Positions 40,460-53,129 of a stretch of 64,000 nt of DNA are shown here, piece after piece (the stretch's first letter is position 1; each line of letters starts with the position of its first letter). The position numbers and the translations under genes were made by a program. Location of the stretch: contig NC_087436.1 of assembly GCF_036321535.1 (NCBI RefSeq), positions 41,108,001-41,172,000 on the forward strand, written 5' to 3'. A model generated the notes under the pieces. That model saw only the letters and a list, made by a program, of their open reading frames with translations. It did no database searches and had not been told where the DNA came from. This DNA comes from Camelus dromedarius (Eukaryota).

Positions 40460-40680
40460 ATTGAGTGTGTGTCCCAAAATCAAAACACCTGAGTTTAAAA
40501 ATGAGCTCCACCTCTTGCAACTGTGTGATGTTGGGCAACTGGCTTTTCTTTCCATGCCTGAGTCATAATCTGTAAAATGAAAATAAAGATTCTGTACCTC
40601 ATGACTTTGTTTTGAGAACTGAATGAGATTATGTGTGCAAAGCCCTCAGAACTTCATCTGGCAGTGTTAAATATTACGAC
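40460..40680 (+). mobile_element. MIR SINE
   Basis: 'cctgagttt...gctccacctcttgcaactgtgtgatgttgggcaa...tctgtaaaatgaaaataa...gagaactgaatgagattatgtgtgcaaagccctcag'. Confidence 0.8.
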
Positions 40681-41129
40681 TGTGATGTCTGTGAAACAAT
40701 CTGGGGATTAGAAATTTTAAAAAAAAGATGAAAAATACAATCTAAATACATATTTGGAACAAATAATAAATGAGGGAGGTAGATCCAACCAGTTATTCAG
40801 ATATAAGGAAAATTCTAATGCTATGAAAGAGGTACAATTATACTCTTCCCCAAAAGGTAAGATGAAAAATATAAGAGAAGCAATTAACACAAAAAATGTA
40901 AATGGCCAATAAATGTGTATCAGTGCTTAACTAAGTTCACACAGTGAATTGCTGGCAATGTCTTAATAGAACTCAGGTGTTTTTGTATTCAATCTGTTTT
41001 CCATTCTGTTGTGTAATCTTTTCTTCAGTAATTATTCAGACTGTCTACTTGTGGTATACAGCAATAAACTCTGTGCTAGAAACTTTCCTCATAACTTTTG
41101 TAAATTGGTTTTGCTTCCCTTCAAAAAAC

Positions 41130-41230
41130 GTTCTTCCTTTTTCCTGTTCCTCTCTCTTTCAATCTCTCTTCTTTCCTTCCTTCCTTTTTTCTTTTCCTTC
41201 TTTTCTTTCTCTTCTTTCTCCCTTTCTTTG
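41130..41230. repeat. CT-rich low-complexity (polypyrimidine) tract
   Basis: Directly visible. Confidence 0.85.
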
Positions 41231-42319
41231 ATTTAAAATATTTGCAAACTCTTGGGAAATTTTTAACAAAGATAGCTTTCATACAATCTACCATAAATGT
41301 ATACACATTAAAAAATTATGCAATTTTTAAAGATTTGATATGTTGACTATTATTCTGTAAATATAAAGGCTAAAAGTGGTTTATTTATCCACTGTACACA
41401 GTGAAGATAGCATGGAATACTGTACTAATCTAATGCAAAAAGTCTTGCATTCAGAAAATTATGCACTCATTCAACCTTAGTAAGTCTTTCTTAATTACAT
41501 TGCAGAGTTGCATTAAATATGAAAAGCAAGCTTCTCTGGAAATCAGCAAACCTTGTATTGAAACATTCTTTCCCAAGCTTAAAATTGCAATTAGCCATTA
41601 CTATCTATTACACACAGTAATCCTCATAATTGCTGCTTCTGTTCATTAGTTTCCTTTCTTGGAGCTCCTCTTTACATAATTAACAGTCTGATTTTTGTAT
41701 ATTTAAAATACTAAACAGAAAACTTGGTATCAACAAAACAATATTATTCTCTAATTTAAACAAAGGTACCCTGGCATATTACACTTGCTATAATAAAATA
41801 CATGGTTTTAAACTATACAAACTGCTGAATGATTTCAAAATGTTAATAGCACTAAAATACATCCAGAAGCCTCAAATTTAGTTGGTATTAAAGTTTTCAA
41901 GTGGTGACAAACATAAGGTATATTTAGAATTGATTTTATATATAAATCTCGTTTGTATCCTTAAAATCTTACCTCCCAAATGTAGTCCCAAAATGCAAGG
42001 AAACGGCAAATAAACGTAATACGTTAAAATGAAGCTTTAAGAGTAATACTAAACATGTTTTAGTAACATGTTTATTTTATAATATCTAACACTTTATATT
42101 TTCCAAAGGAGAGAAATTCCAAATATCTAAACATGTCTCCATAGTTTTTTCTTCTGTAAGTAGATTCCTTCTTATATTAGCAATCTCTGTGCTACATTAG
42201 CCATATATACATACATAGTAGCACATTCTGTAAAGGATAAGTCAAAGAGTTTTTAGTGAAACACTGATTAAAATAAGATATGATGGCTATTTCATTATAT
42301 ACACAAAATCAGCAGAAGT

Positions 42320-42495
42320 AGTGGACAAAGATTGACATTGTTGTTATATTAGCATCTTCCTGCAATAGGTATTTACAGCTCATCCAATGAAAAGGTGGAG
42401 CTTGTTTCTTTCCATTGAACACTGACATGTGTGTGACAAGATGTGTCCAATGAAATTCAGTGGGAATGATACTATGCCAGTTTCAACTTCAGGAG

Positions 42496-42526
<31 letters not shown>

Positions 42527-42852
42527 ATGCTTTTACTCTCTCTTTCAGAAATCTGATCAGCTGCCTTATGAATAAACCTGGACTAGCTTACTGGTGGATA
42601 AGAGGCATGTGAAACAGATAAACTATCTAAATTGAAGCTATCCTATGAACACCCCCACCCGCACTCATCCCCACCCCCTCATTGACCTAACAGCTGACAA
42701 CACACTAATAAACCAAACTCCAAGCAGAAGAACTGCCTAGTTGAGTCTAATTCAAATTGCCAACCCACGAAATTGTGAGCTAAATAAAAATTTGTTGTTT
42801 TAAGATCTTATGTTTGAAATGATTTGTTATGAAGCAAAATGTAAGCAATACA
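42320..42852 (+). mobile_element. MaLR LTR (older MLT1 type)
   Basis: 'cagaagaactgcctagttgagtctaattcaaattgccaacccacgaaattgtgagctaaataaaaatttgttgttttaag...aataca'. Confidence 0.75.
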
Positions 42853-43037
42853 TTAGTTAATATAATAAACAAAATGGGATATTAAGATGGATGGTATTTG
42901 GAACAATGTATGAAGTTTCCTTTCATGATTGAATTACATTCCAGTAACAAAATTTTTAAAAATAATATATACTTTGGATAATTGGCACATTTACATAAAC
43001 ACATTACATACACAGGTACAAAGAGATTCTTAAAAAT

Positions 43038-45377
43038 TACACCAGATAGACTGGGGGTAGTTTGCATAATCCCTGCATCCTGATGTTATACTTTTGTGAA
43101 GTCTTCTCCCCTTGAGAGGGCATGGTCTGTGACTAGCTTCTAATAGACTAATGGCAATGGTAAAAGGATGTCATGTCTATTATTTCATTACATTATATAA
43201 TCAACTTTCTTGCTAACTCTGTAAACTCTAATTCCATAGCTGTTTTTGAATAATAATTGGACCCTGCTGTGAAGCCCATGGGACAGGAAGCTGAAGGTGG
43301 ACTTCAAATGATAGCCATGAAGAAACCAGAGGTCTCAGTCATATACTTATAAGGAAATAAATCCTGCCAAAAACCAAAGTAAACTTGGAAGAAGATTCTT
43401 TCCTGGTCAAGCCTCTAGATGAAATTGCAGTTGAACTGATATCCTAGAGACAGCCTTGTGAGACCCTGAGCAGAGGACCTAGTTAAACTCTATCCAGAAT
43501 TCTGACCCAAAGTAACTGTGAGATAGTAAACGTGTGTAATTTCAAGCTACTAAGTTTGTGGTAATTTGTTGTACAACAATAGACAACTAATGTGTTGAAG
43601 ATGCACCTTGGTTTCATCTTGCTGCTTATAATAAATTGCAAGAGGAAAAATATAAATTGAGGGGAAAACTGTTAACAAACATGACACAGGATATGATTTA
43701 AAAAAATCCGTATTTAGTTGGTAAGATATGTTAAAATAAAAAAAATTGACTTCTAAGATATGGAATAGAGATAAGCTTTAATAGGCAAGAAATTTAAGAT
43801 GTAACTTTACAAGTATTTGCTAAAATTTCATAAAGATGAAAAGGTCAAAAGTGTTCAGTCACATAAACAGCCATTTCAAGAGACTAAGGATATATCTCAC
43901 AGATCTTCTCAATAAAACACTAAGACCTCTCTCTAAAAGCTTAAAAGCATGGTCCTTCAGCCATACAAGCAAAATGTCAAGGTGGGGAAGGGCTTATCTC
44001 AAAAGATTTGTGGGTGTGCTTTTTGCTTAATGAATTGAACCTCAATGAAATCTGTAAGAGATCCACAAAATATCTAAAATGTACTTCAGCTAAGGCATCA
44101 ACAACTTCTATTATAGGGACAAAGAGAGTATAAAAAGAAAGAAGTCTGCTGGAACCCAAAAATACTACTTCCTGGAAGCCAGCCAATGAAATTATTCAGT
44201 TGGGAACACATTCTATCTTCAATGAGAAGGACAGAATGGCTCAGGATGCAGAATCAATAGCCCAGAGGGTGAAGGCAAAGTCACAGAGAATTACTCCCAG
44301 ACCTTGAAACACAATCAAGAAATTATTAACATTTTCCTAAGTGGATTTCAGGATTGCTAAGCACCAGTGACTTTTTTTTTTTATTTCCATTTCCTTTTTT
44401 TCTGAATGAAAATATCTATATAGCTGGCCCTCCATATCTGCATATTTTGTAAAACTCACGTACACAGAGGGTCAACTGAATTCATTGTATTATGGCATAC
44501 ATCTTATATTAGGGATTTGAGCAGCCATGGATTTTGGTATCCACGGGGGTTCCCAGAACCAATTTCACACAGACACCAAGGAACAGCTGGAGTTGCAGCT
44601 GTTTTCGTATGTCTGCCCAATATTGTATGTTTTGAGTGTTAACTTGTCTATTTAGTATGTGCATATTGGTAGATCAAGAGGAACTATGCCTATAGGCCCT
44701 CATCCACACCTGGAGCTGATTTAGATTCTGAAATCTGAGCAGATTCTGTAATGGGATGAGACACTGGGAACCATGCGAAAGGGTGAAGGTACCTTGCATG
44801 TGGGAGGAACAGAAATAATTGGAAATCAGAGGAAAGAATGTGCTGGACAGATCTGGGTTGGCCCCCTTTATAATCCCTGCCTCCTGATGTCCACACCCTT
44901 GTTTAGCATCTTCCTATTGAGTGAGCATTATTTATGATGTGTTTCTAACTGATAAACAGTGACAAAAGTGAAAGATGTTATTTCTGCGATTTCGTGACAT
45001 CATATAAGACTGTCTTGCTAGCAGACTCATGCTAGACTCTACCTCTAACTCACTTTGAACAAGTAAGCAGCCCTTTTCAGAGGCCCAGATGGCAAGTACC
45101 TAAGAACAGTCTTTCGGAGCTGTGGGCGGCCTCCAGGTGACACCCATCAAAAGGCTAGGAACCCCAGGTTTAAAGATGTATGGAAATAGATTATGCTAAA
45201 AATGTAAGTAAACTAAGGAATATATTGTTAAATTGCAGCCTTGTGACATTCTAAAAAGAGGAATCAGCTCTGCTGTATTCAAACTCCATACTTCTGGAAA
45301 TTGTGAGATAATAAGTGTGCTATTTTAAGTTACCAAGTTTGTGTTATTTTACTATGCAGCAATTGGTAACTAATACA
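43038..45377 (+). mobile_element. MaLR provirus: LTR (~43038-43592), internal region, LTR (~44839-45377); MLT1E-like
   Basis: Two related LTRs ('ataatccctgc..cctgatgt', 'gcagccttgtga', 'tgtgagata', 'aagtttgtg...aactaat'); purine-rich tract before the second LTR; MLT-int-like sequence between them. Confidence 0.75.
44421..44589. mobile_element. MER2/Tigger-family TcMar MITE nested in the MaLR internal region
   Basis: 'agctggccctccatatctgc...agggatttgagcagccatggattttggtatccacgggggttcccagaaccaat...caccaaggaacagctg'. Confidence 0.75.
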
Positions 45378-45939
45378 AATAGATATTTGACTAATAACAA
45401 ACATATGTATACTACCTTAGGCTGTTTAATATATGATTGAAAAGCTTCATTCTTCTCCAAGGAAATCAGATTATTTCTTTACAAATCCTTTGAAGTTTTT
45501 ATTTGTAAGTCAAGTTTTGAAATAATTTTCTTTATAGGAGTAAAAGTATATTGCTTTAAACACAACATAATTTATTTTTTTTAAATTTCATGCATCTATT
45601 TTATAGTTGATGATAGAATTATTATCTCAGTACTAATTACTGAGCTTCCAAATACTGCACATGTGGCTGCTTTAATTTCTGGGAACTGTCTAGTACTTTC
45701 ACTTAGTTTTCATGGTAAAACAGTTTTTGTCAATATTAGCATATTTGAGAATATTTACTTCCAATAACAACTGTCTTTATATCAATAATACCCTGACTGT
45801 TAGTATTCTCTATGTCATGAGCTTTGTCTCCACAGATACTTCATCACTACTGACATCCCTCAACAAAATATTTTTAGTAAATCACATGAAACCCACAGGT
45901 CATGGAAGACAGAACTGATAAAAGCTAAGAAAAGGATTT

Positions 45940-46440
45940 CAAAAGTTAAAGAGTTAAAAGGATTCATGGAAAAAATTAAAGATATGAGAAGATCAGTAAG
46001 AAAGATAGGCCACAAGTATCAATGGTCTTCTCAAAGAAGAGAATTGAAATAACGAAATGTTATATAATACAAAATATTCCAGGAATAAAACAAGTTTTAA
46101 TCCACCAAAATAAATGGTGAATTGATAAATAGTCCAAAAAAGTTGCTGGATTTCTATAATAATAAAAAACCTGGGTAACATAATCAAGTAAAAACTAAGA
46201 GGCTATGTACAGACTTCTTTCCAGGGACATTTAGCACCAGAATACTGTGGAGAAATATCTACATAATGCTTAGAAAATAAATTCTGTTCTGAGAAATGTA
46301 TATCCATACAAATTGTCCTTTATGTCCAAGTCAAGAAATTGGAATATATGAACATGCAATGGCATAGAATTATTGATTTTGTGTTTCTTAAAGCCACTAC
46401 TAAGAATGAAGTTAACTTAATAATGAATTTGCCAAAAACT
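45940..46440 (+). mobile_element. Ancient L1 ORF1-like remnant
   Basis: A-rich; 'gaatactgtggagaaatatctacataatgcttaga...tatatccatacaaattgtccttt'. Confidence 0.45.
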
Positions 46441-47404
46441 GAAATACTTATGTATATATGTAACAAAATATGTATAAGATCTATATGAAGGAAATTATAA
46501 AACTCTGATGAATGAAATCAAGGAAGAACTAAATAAATGGAGAGACATCTCCTGATCAATAATAGGAATTCAATATTGTCAAGATGTCAGTTCTTCCCAG
46601 ATTAATCTATAGATTCAATATAATCCCAATAAAAATCTGAGCAAATAAATTTATGCATATAACAAGCTGATTCTAAAATTTATGTGGAATGATAAAAGAC
46701 CCAGAATAGCCAAGTCCATATTGAAGGAGAAGAACAAAATTTGGAGGATTGGTGCTACCCAGCTTCAAGACTTATTATATATCTACAGTAATCAAAACAG
46801 TGTGGTATTGTTAAAAGATTGGACAAACAGATCAAAGGAACAGAATAAAAAGCCCAGAAATCGATGCCCATTGATTGATTTGTGTATGTTGAAGTATCTT
46901 TAGTACAGTCAAGTTAAGTACAGTCAACTGACCTTTGACACAGAAATAAAGGTAATGTAATAGAGCAAAGATGGACTCTTCAACAAATGATGCTGAAACA
47001 ACCAACAACCACATGCAAAAAAAGTAATCTAGATACGACCTTATACCCTTCATAAAAATGAACTCAAAATGGATCATAGACCTAAGTATAAAATGAAAAT
47101 TAAAAATCACCTAGAAGATAACACAGGAGAAAACCTAGATCCCCTTGGGTATGGCAATAACTTGTAAGATACCACAACAAAGGCATGATCCATGAAATAA
47201 AGAATTGATAAGCTGGATTTCATTAAAATTAAAAACTTCCACTCTGTCAAAGACAAAGTCAGGACTATGAGAAGAAAAGCCAAAGACTGGGTGAAAATAA
47301 TTAAAAGCATAAAACTGATAAAGGACAGTTCTCCAAAATATAAAAAGAACTCCTAAAATTCAACAGTAGGAAATCAAACAATCGGATTAAAAGATGGGTC
47401 AAAG
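46440..47404 (+). mobile_element. Old L1 (L1MC1-like) ORF2 fragment, left part of the host of copy B
   Basis: Degenerate ORF2 ('WNDKRPRIAKSILKEKNK'); continues collinearly after 50417. Confidence 0.85.
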
Positions 47405-50401
47405 CTCACAGAGAAAAGAGAGAGCACAAATAAGCAAAATAAGAAAGGAAAATGGAGAAATTATAACCAATAACATAGAAACACAGAATATCATATGAGA
47501 ATACTATGAACAACTATATGGCAACAAAATGGATAACCTAGAGGAGATGGACAAGTTTCTGGAAACATACAGTCCACCAAGACTAAATCAAGAAGAAGTT
47601 GACCACTTGAACAAACCAATCACTAGAAATGAGATCAAATTAGCAATAAAAAACCTCCCTACAAATAAAAGTCCAGGACATGATGGCTTCACTGGGGAAT
47701 TCTACCAAACATACAAAGAAGAACTCATACTAGTCCTTCTCAAACTCTTCCAGAAGATTGAAAAGGAGGGAATACTCCCAAATTCATTCTATGAAGCAAC
47801 CATCACCCTAATACCAAAACCAGGCAAAGACACTACCAAAATAGAGAATTACAGACCAATATCACTTAAGAATAAAGATGCAAAAATCGTTACCAAAATA
47901 TTAGCAAATAGAATCCAACAGCACATAAAAAAGATTATACAAAATGATCAAGTGGGGTTCATCCCAGGGACACAAAGATGGTTCAACAAACACAAATCAA
48001 TAAATGTAATGCATCACATCAACAAGAGAAAGGACAAAAACCACATGATCATCTCAATAGATGCAGAAGAAGCATTTGATAAAATTCAACACCCATTTAT
48101 GATAAAAACTCTCACCAAAGTGGGTATAGAGGGAACATATCTCAACATAATAAAAGCTAAATATGACACACCTACAGCCAGCATAGAACTTAATGGTGAA
48201 AAACTCAAAGCTATCCCACTAAAATCTGGACAAGACAAGGCTGCCCACTATCACCATTCCTATTCAACATAGTCTTGTAAGTCCTAGACAAAGCAATCAT
48301 GCAAGAGAGAGAAATAAAAGGGATCCAAATTGGAAAAGAAGAGGTAAAATTGTCACTATATGCAGATGATACGATACTATACATAGAAAACCCCAAAAGG
48401 TCCACACAAAAACTACTAGATATAATCAAAGAATTCGGCAAGATAGCAGGTTACAACATCAACGTACAAAACTCAGTTGCATTTCTTTACACTAATGATG
48501 AATCAACAGAAAAAGAAAGTAAAGAAACAATCCTCTTTAAAATAGCACCCAAAGTAATAAAATACCTAGGAATAAATCTAACCAAGGAGGTGAAAGACTT
48601 ATACATGGAGAACTATAAAACACTGATCAAGGAAATGAAAGAAGACTTAAAAAAAAATGGAAAGATATTCCATACTCCGGGATTGGAAGAATCAATATTA
48701 TTAAAATGGTCATACTGCCCAAGACAATCTACAGATTTAATGCAATCCCCATCAAATTACCCAGGACATATTGCACAGAACTAGAACAAATAATAAAATT
48801 TATATGGAATCACAAAAGACCCACAATTGCCAAAGCATTACTGAAGAAAAAGAAAGGCTGGAGGAATAATCCTCCCAGACTTCAGACAATACTACAGAGC
48901 TACAGTAATCAAGACAGCATGGTATTGGTACAAAAACAGACATATGGACCAATAGAACAGAATAGAGAATCCAGAAATGAACCCACAAACTTTTGGTCAA
49001 CTAATCTTTGACAAAGGAGGCAAGAACATACAATGGAATAAAGACAGTCTCTTCAGCAAATGGTATTGGGAAAACTGGACAGCAGCATGTAAATCAATGA
49101 AGCTAGAACACTCCCTTACACCATACACAAAAATCAACTCAAAATGGATCAAAGACTTAAACATAAGACAAGATACAATAAAACTCCTAGAAGAAAACAT
49201 AGGCAAAACATTATCTCACATGCATCTCAAAAATATTCTCCTAGGGCAGTCTACCCAAGGAATAGAAATAAAAGCAAGAATAAACAAATGGGACCTAATT
49301 AAACTTACAGGCTTTTGCACAGCAAAGGAAACCATAAATAAAACAAAACGACAACCTACAGAATGGGAGAATATTTTTGCAAAAGATGAAACTGACAAAG
49401 GCTTGATCTCCAGAATATATAAGCAGCTCATACAACTTAATAAGAAAAAAACAAACAACCCAATCCAAAAATGGGCAGAAGACCTAAACAAGCAATTCTC
49501 CAAGGAAGAAATACAAATGATCAATAGACACATGAAAAAATGCTCAATATCACTAATTATCAGAGAAATGCAAATCAAAACTACAATGAGGTATCACCTC
49601 ACACCAGTCTCAATGGCCATCATTCAAAAGTCCACAAATGACAAATGCTGGAGAGGCTGTGGAGAAAAGGGAACCCTCCTACACTGCTGGTGGGAATGCG
49701 GTTTGGTGCAGCCACTGTGGAAAACACTATGGGGATTCCTCAAAAGACTAGGAACAGACTTACCATAGGACCCAGGAATCACACTCCTGGGCATATACCC
49801 AGAAGGAACCCTACTTCAAAATGACACCTGCACCCCAATGTTCATAGCAGCACTAATTACAGTAGCTAAGACATGGAAACAGCTTAAATGTCCATCAACA
49901 TATGACTGAATAAAGAAGAAGTGGTATATTTATACGATGGAATACTATTCAGCCATAAAACCCGACAACATAACGCCATTTGCAGCAACATGGATGTTCC
50001 TGGAGAATGTCATTCTAAGTGAAGTAAGCCAGAAAGAGAAAGAAAAATACCATATGAGATCGCTCATATGTGGAATCTTAAAAAAAAAAAAAACAAAACC
50101 ATGAATACAGAACAGAAACAGACTCATAGACATAGAATACAAACTTGTGGTTGCCAAGGGGGTGGGGGGTGGGAAGGGACAGACTGGGAGTTCAAAATGT
50201 AGAATAGATACACAAGATTATACTGTATAGCACAGGGAAATATATACAAGATCTTGTGGTAGCTCATGGTGAAAAAGAATGTGACAATGAATATAAGTAT
50301 GTTCATGTATAACTGAAAAACTGTGCTCTACACCAGAAATTGACACAACATTGTAAACTGATTACAACTCAATAAAATAAAACTAAAAAAAAAAAAAAAA
50401 A
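47405..50401 (+). mobile_element. Young 5'-truncated LINE-1, copy B (~3.0 kb; disrupted ORF2 RT + C-terminus, 3'UTR, poly-A)
   Basis: ORFs 47529-48272, 48299-48784 (YADD), 48706-49011 and 48977-49768 (CCHC motif) are consecutive frameshifted L1 ORF2 pieces; perfect 16-bp TSD aaaagatgggtcaaag (47389-47404, 50402-50417) at a TT/AAAA site. Confidence 0.98.
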
Positions 50402-50417
50402 AAAAGATGGGTCAAAG

Positions 50418-51395
50418 ACCTTAAAGGATAAAGGACCTTAAACTTGCCAAAGAAGATACATGGAAAAAAATTAAGCATATGAAAAACTGTTTCACATCAT
50501 AAGTCTTCAAGAAAATGCAAATTAAAACAACAATGAGATACCACTACATACTTATTACAATGACAAAAGTCAGAACCATGTCAACACTAAATGCTGAGTG
50601 AGATTTTGGAGCAACAGGAACCTTTCATTTATTGCTGGTGGGAATGCAAAATGGTATATCCACTCTGTAAGATACTTTGGTGGTTTTTCTACAAAATTTT
50701 ATCAGATGATCCAGCAATCTCACTCCTTGGTATTTATGCAAAGTATATGCATGCAAAATCCACACATGATGTTTACAGCAGCTTTATCTATAAATGCCAA
50801 ACCTTGGAAGCAATCAAAATGTCCTTCAGTAGCTGACTGGATAAATAAACTGTGGTGCATGTAGACAATGGAATATTATTCAGTGCTAAAAAGAAAAGAG
50901 CTATCAAGCCATAAAAAGACATGAAGAAGTCTTAAATGCATATTAACAAAAAGGAGCCAATCTGAAAAGGCTACATACTGTGTGATTCCAACTATATGAC
51001 ATTCTAGAAAAGGTAAAACTATGGAGACAGTAAAAATATCAGCTGTTGCCAAAGGTTGGAGGGCTTTAAGGAGGGATGAAGAGGCACATCACAGAGGATT
51101 TTTACGGCAGTAAATATTCTGTATGATATAATACTGATGAATATATATCATTATACATTTATTTAAATTCATAGAGTACACAACACCTAAAGCAATCCAT
51201 CAACTATGAATTTTGGGTGATGATATAACAATTTAGGTTCATCAATTTAATAAATTTATCATTCTGGTGGGGAGTATTGGTAATGGGGAGCCCGGGGATG
51301 TGAAGGGTCAGTGGATACATGAATAATCTCTGTTCCTTCATTTTAATGTTGCTGTGAATTTAAAACTGCTCTAAAAAAATGAAGTCAATAGAAAA
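50418..51395 (+). mobile_element. Old L1 (L1MC1-like) ORF2 end and 3'UTR, right part of the host of copy B
   Basis: 'aaatgcaaattaaaacaacaatgagataccactac', 'gccaatctgaaaaggctacatactgtgtgattccaac', end 'gctgtgaatttaaaactgctctaaaaaaat'. Confidence 0.85.
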
Positions 51396-52019
51396 AAGTG
51401 AAGCAGAGGAATTTAGAGTTACAAAAATAAATAGGTCAATTAGGATGGAGTGCCTAAATGAAAGGGGTTATAGATTTCCTTTGTATCACTGTGTCATTTT
51501 AGAAGTATTTTTTCTCCTCCTCTATGTGCATTGGAGAATTACAAACAAATGTTATAAAGCCATTTTGAGAAATAATTATTTTGCCAAACTGCATTAAATT
51601 TAAGGCTATAACTAATTAAAAAAAACAAAAACTAACCAAATGAAACAACATTTGTTCTCTGATTCTAATTTAGGAGCTGAAAGAACAAAGAAAAACTTTG
51701 AGCTTCATGGTAGCAGCAAGAAAAATCTTGATAATATGTGTTACAACCATGGAAGGAAGTGTGCCCAGTAACAGATGTGTGGCCATCATATGAAAAATAA
51801 AAAAAAAAGATGGAAGAAGGAGTGTTCTGTCAACAGACACTACTAGTAAATTAAGTCTTTAAAACCAAGTCAATATTATTTTGTTATGATGAATTTTATT
51901 TTGGAATGCCTCTGTGCAGCTTCCTAAATGATTTGTTTATCATTGTCCTTTTAAATACTTTTTCAGTATGTTTTGGCAAGATATGCTGACTAAAAGATGC
52001 ATCTGTCCAGTTTTGTCTT

Positions 52020-52995
52020 GTTTAATTTTTTATTGTGATAAGAACACATAACATGAGATTACACACTTAACAAATCTTTAAGTGCACAATACTGTATTGT
52101 TAATTATAGGCACAATGTTTCAGCAGATCTCTAGAACTCATTCATCTTGCATAACTGAAACTTCATAACCTTTGAACGGCAACTCCCCAATTCCCTCTCC
52201 TCTCAGCACCTGGCAATCACTACTCTGTCTCTATGAACTTGGCTATTTTAGATACCTCATATAATTGGAGTTATGCAGCATGTATCCTTCTGTGACTGGT
52301 TTATTTCATTTAGCATAATATCTTCCAGGTTAATTCATGTTTTTGCATATGGCAGGATTTTCTTTTTAAGGGCTGAATAATATTCTATTATATATATATA
52401 CATACATCACACACACACACACACATATACATACATATATATATACCACATTTTCTTTATCTATTCATCTGTCATTGGGTATGTAGGTTGCTTTCATTTC
52501 TTGACTATTGTAAGTAATGCTGCAGTGAGCATGGGAATTCATGTATGTATTTATTGAGGCCTTGATTTAAATTCCATTCGAAATTATATATCCAGTAGAA
52601 CTGCAAAATTATACGGCAATTCTATTTTTAATTTTTTGAGGAATCACCATACATTTTTTTTCATTGCGGCTGCATTATTTTACATTCCCACCAACAGTGT
52701 ACAAGGGTTTCAATTTCTCCATATACTTGTCAACACTTGTTATATTTTGGGAGTTTTATTTATTTATTTATTTTTGGCAACAGACAATCTAGCAGTGGTG
52801 AAGTGATGAATCATTGGGGGTTTTGATGTACATTTCCCTTATAAGTAATGATTTTAGCAGTTTTTCGTATACCGGTCAATCATTTATATGTCTTCTTTTG
52901 TGAAATGTCTATTCAAGATTTTTGCCCATTATTTAATCAGGTTATTTTTTGCTACTGAGTTGTACACTTTCTTTTATATTTTGGATAATAAGCCT
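52020..52995 (-). mobile_element. L1 3' end (L1MA9-like), with a (TA)/(CA) microsatellite at ~52388-52445
   Basis: 'cagcagatctctagaactcattcatcttgcataactgaaac', 'tttacattcccaccaacagtgtacaagggtt'. Confidence 0.85.
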
Positions 52996-53129
52996 ATTTT
53001 TCAACATAAAGGGGAAACCACTTACTTAAAAATAGCAGAAATAAGCCTGTACACATACATACATATAGTAGATAAGTATATATGCATTCATTTATTCCAA
53101 AAGCAACTACCATACTAGTGCATTAAAAT

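Noticed and set aside
47529..49768. Reverse transcriptase (YADD) and CCHC-domain ORFs as a novel RT system or functional gene
   Set aside because: These are ordinary L1 ORF2 pieces: 5'-truncated (no endonuclease, ORF1 or promoter), frameshifted, with stops, a poly-A tail and a TSD.
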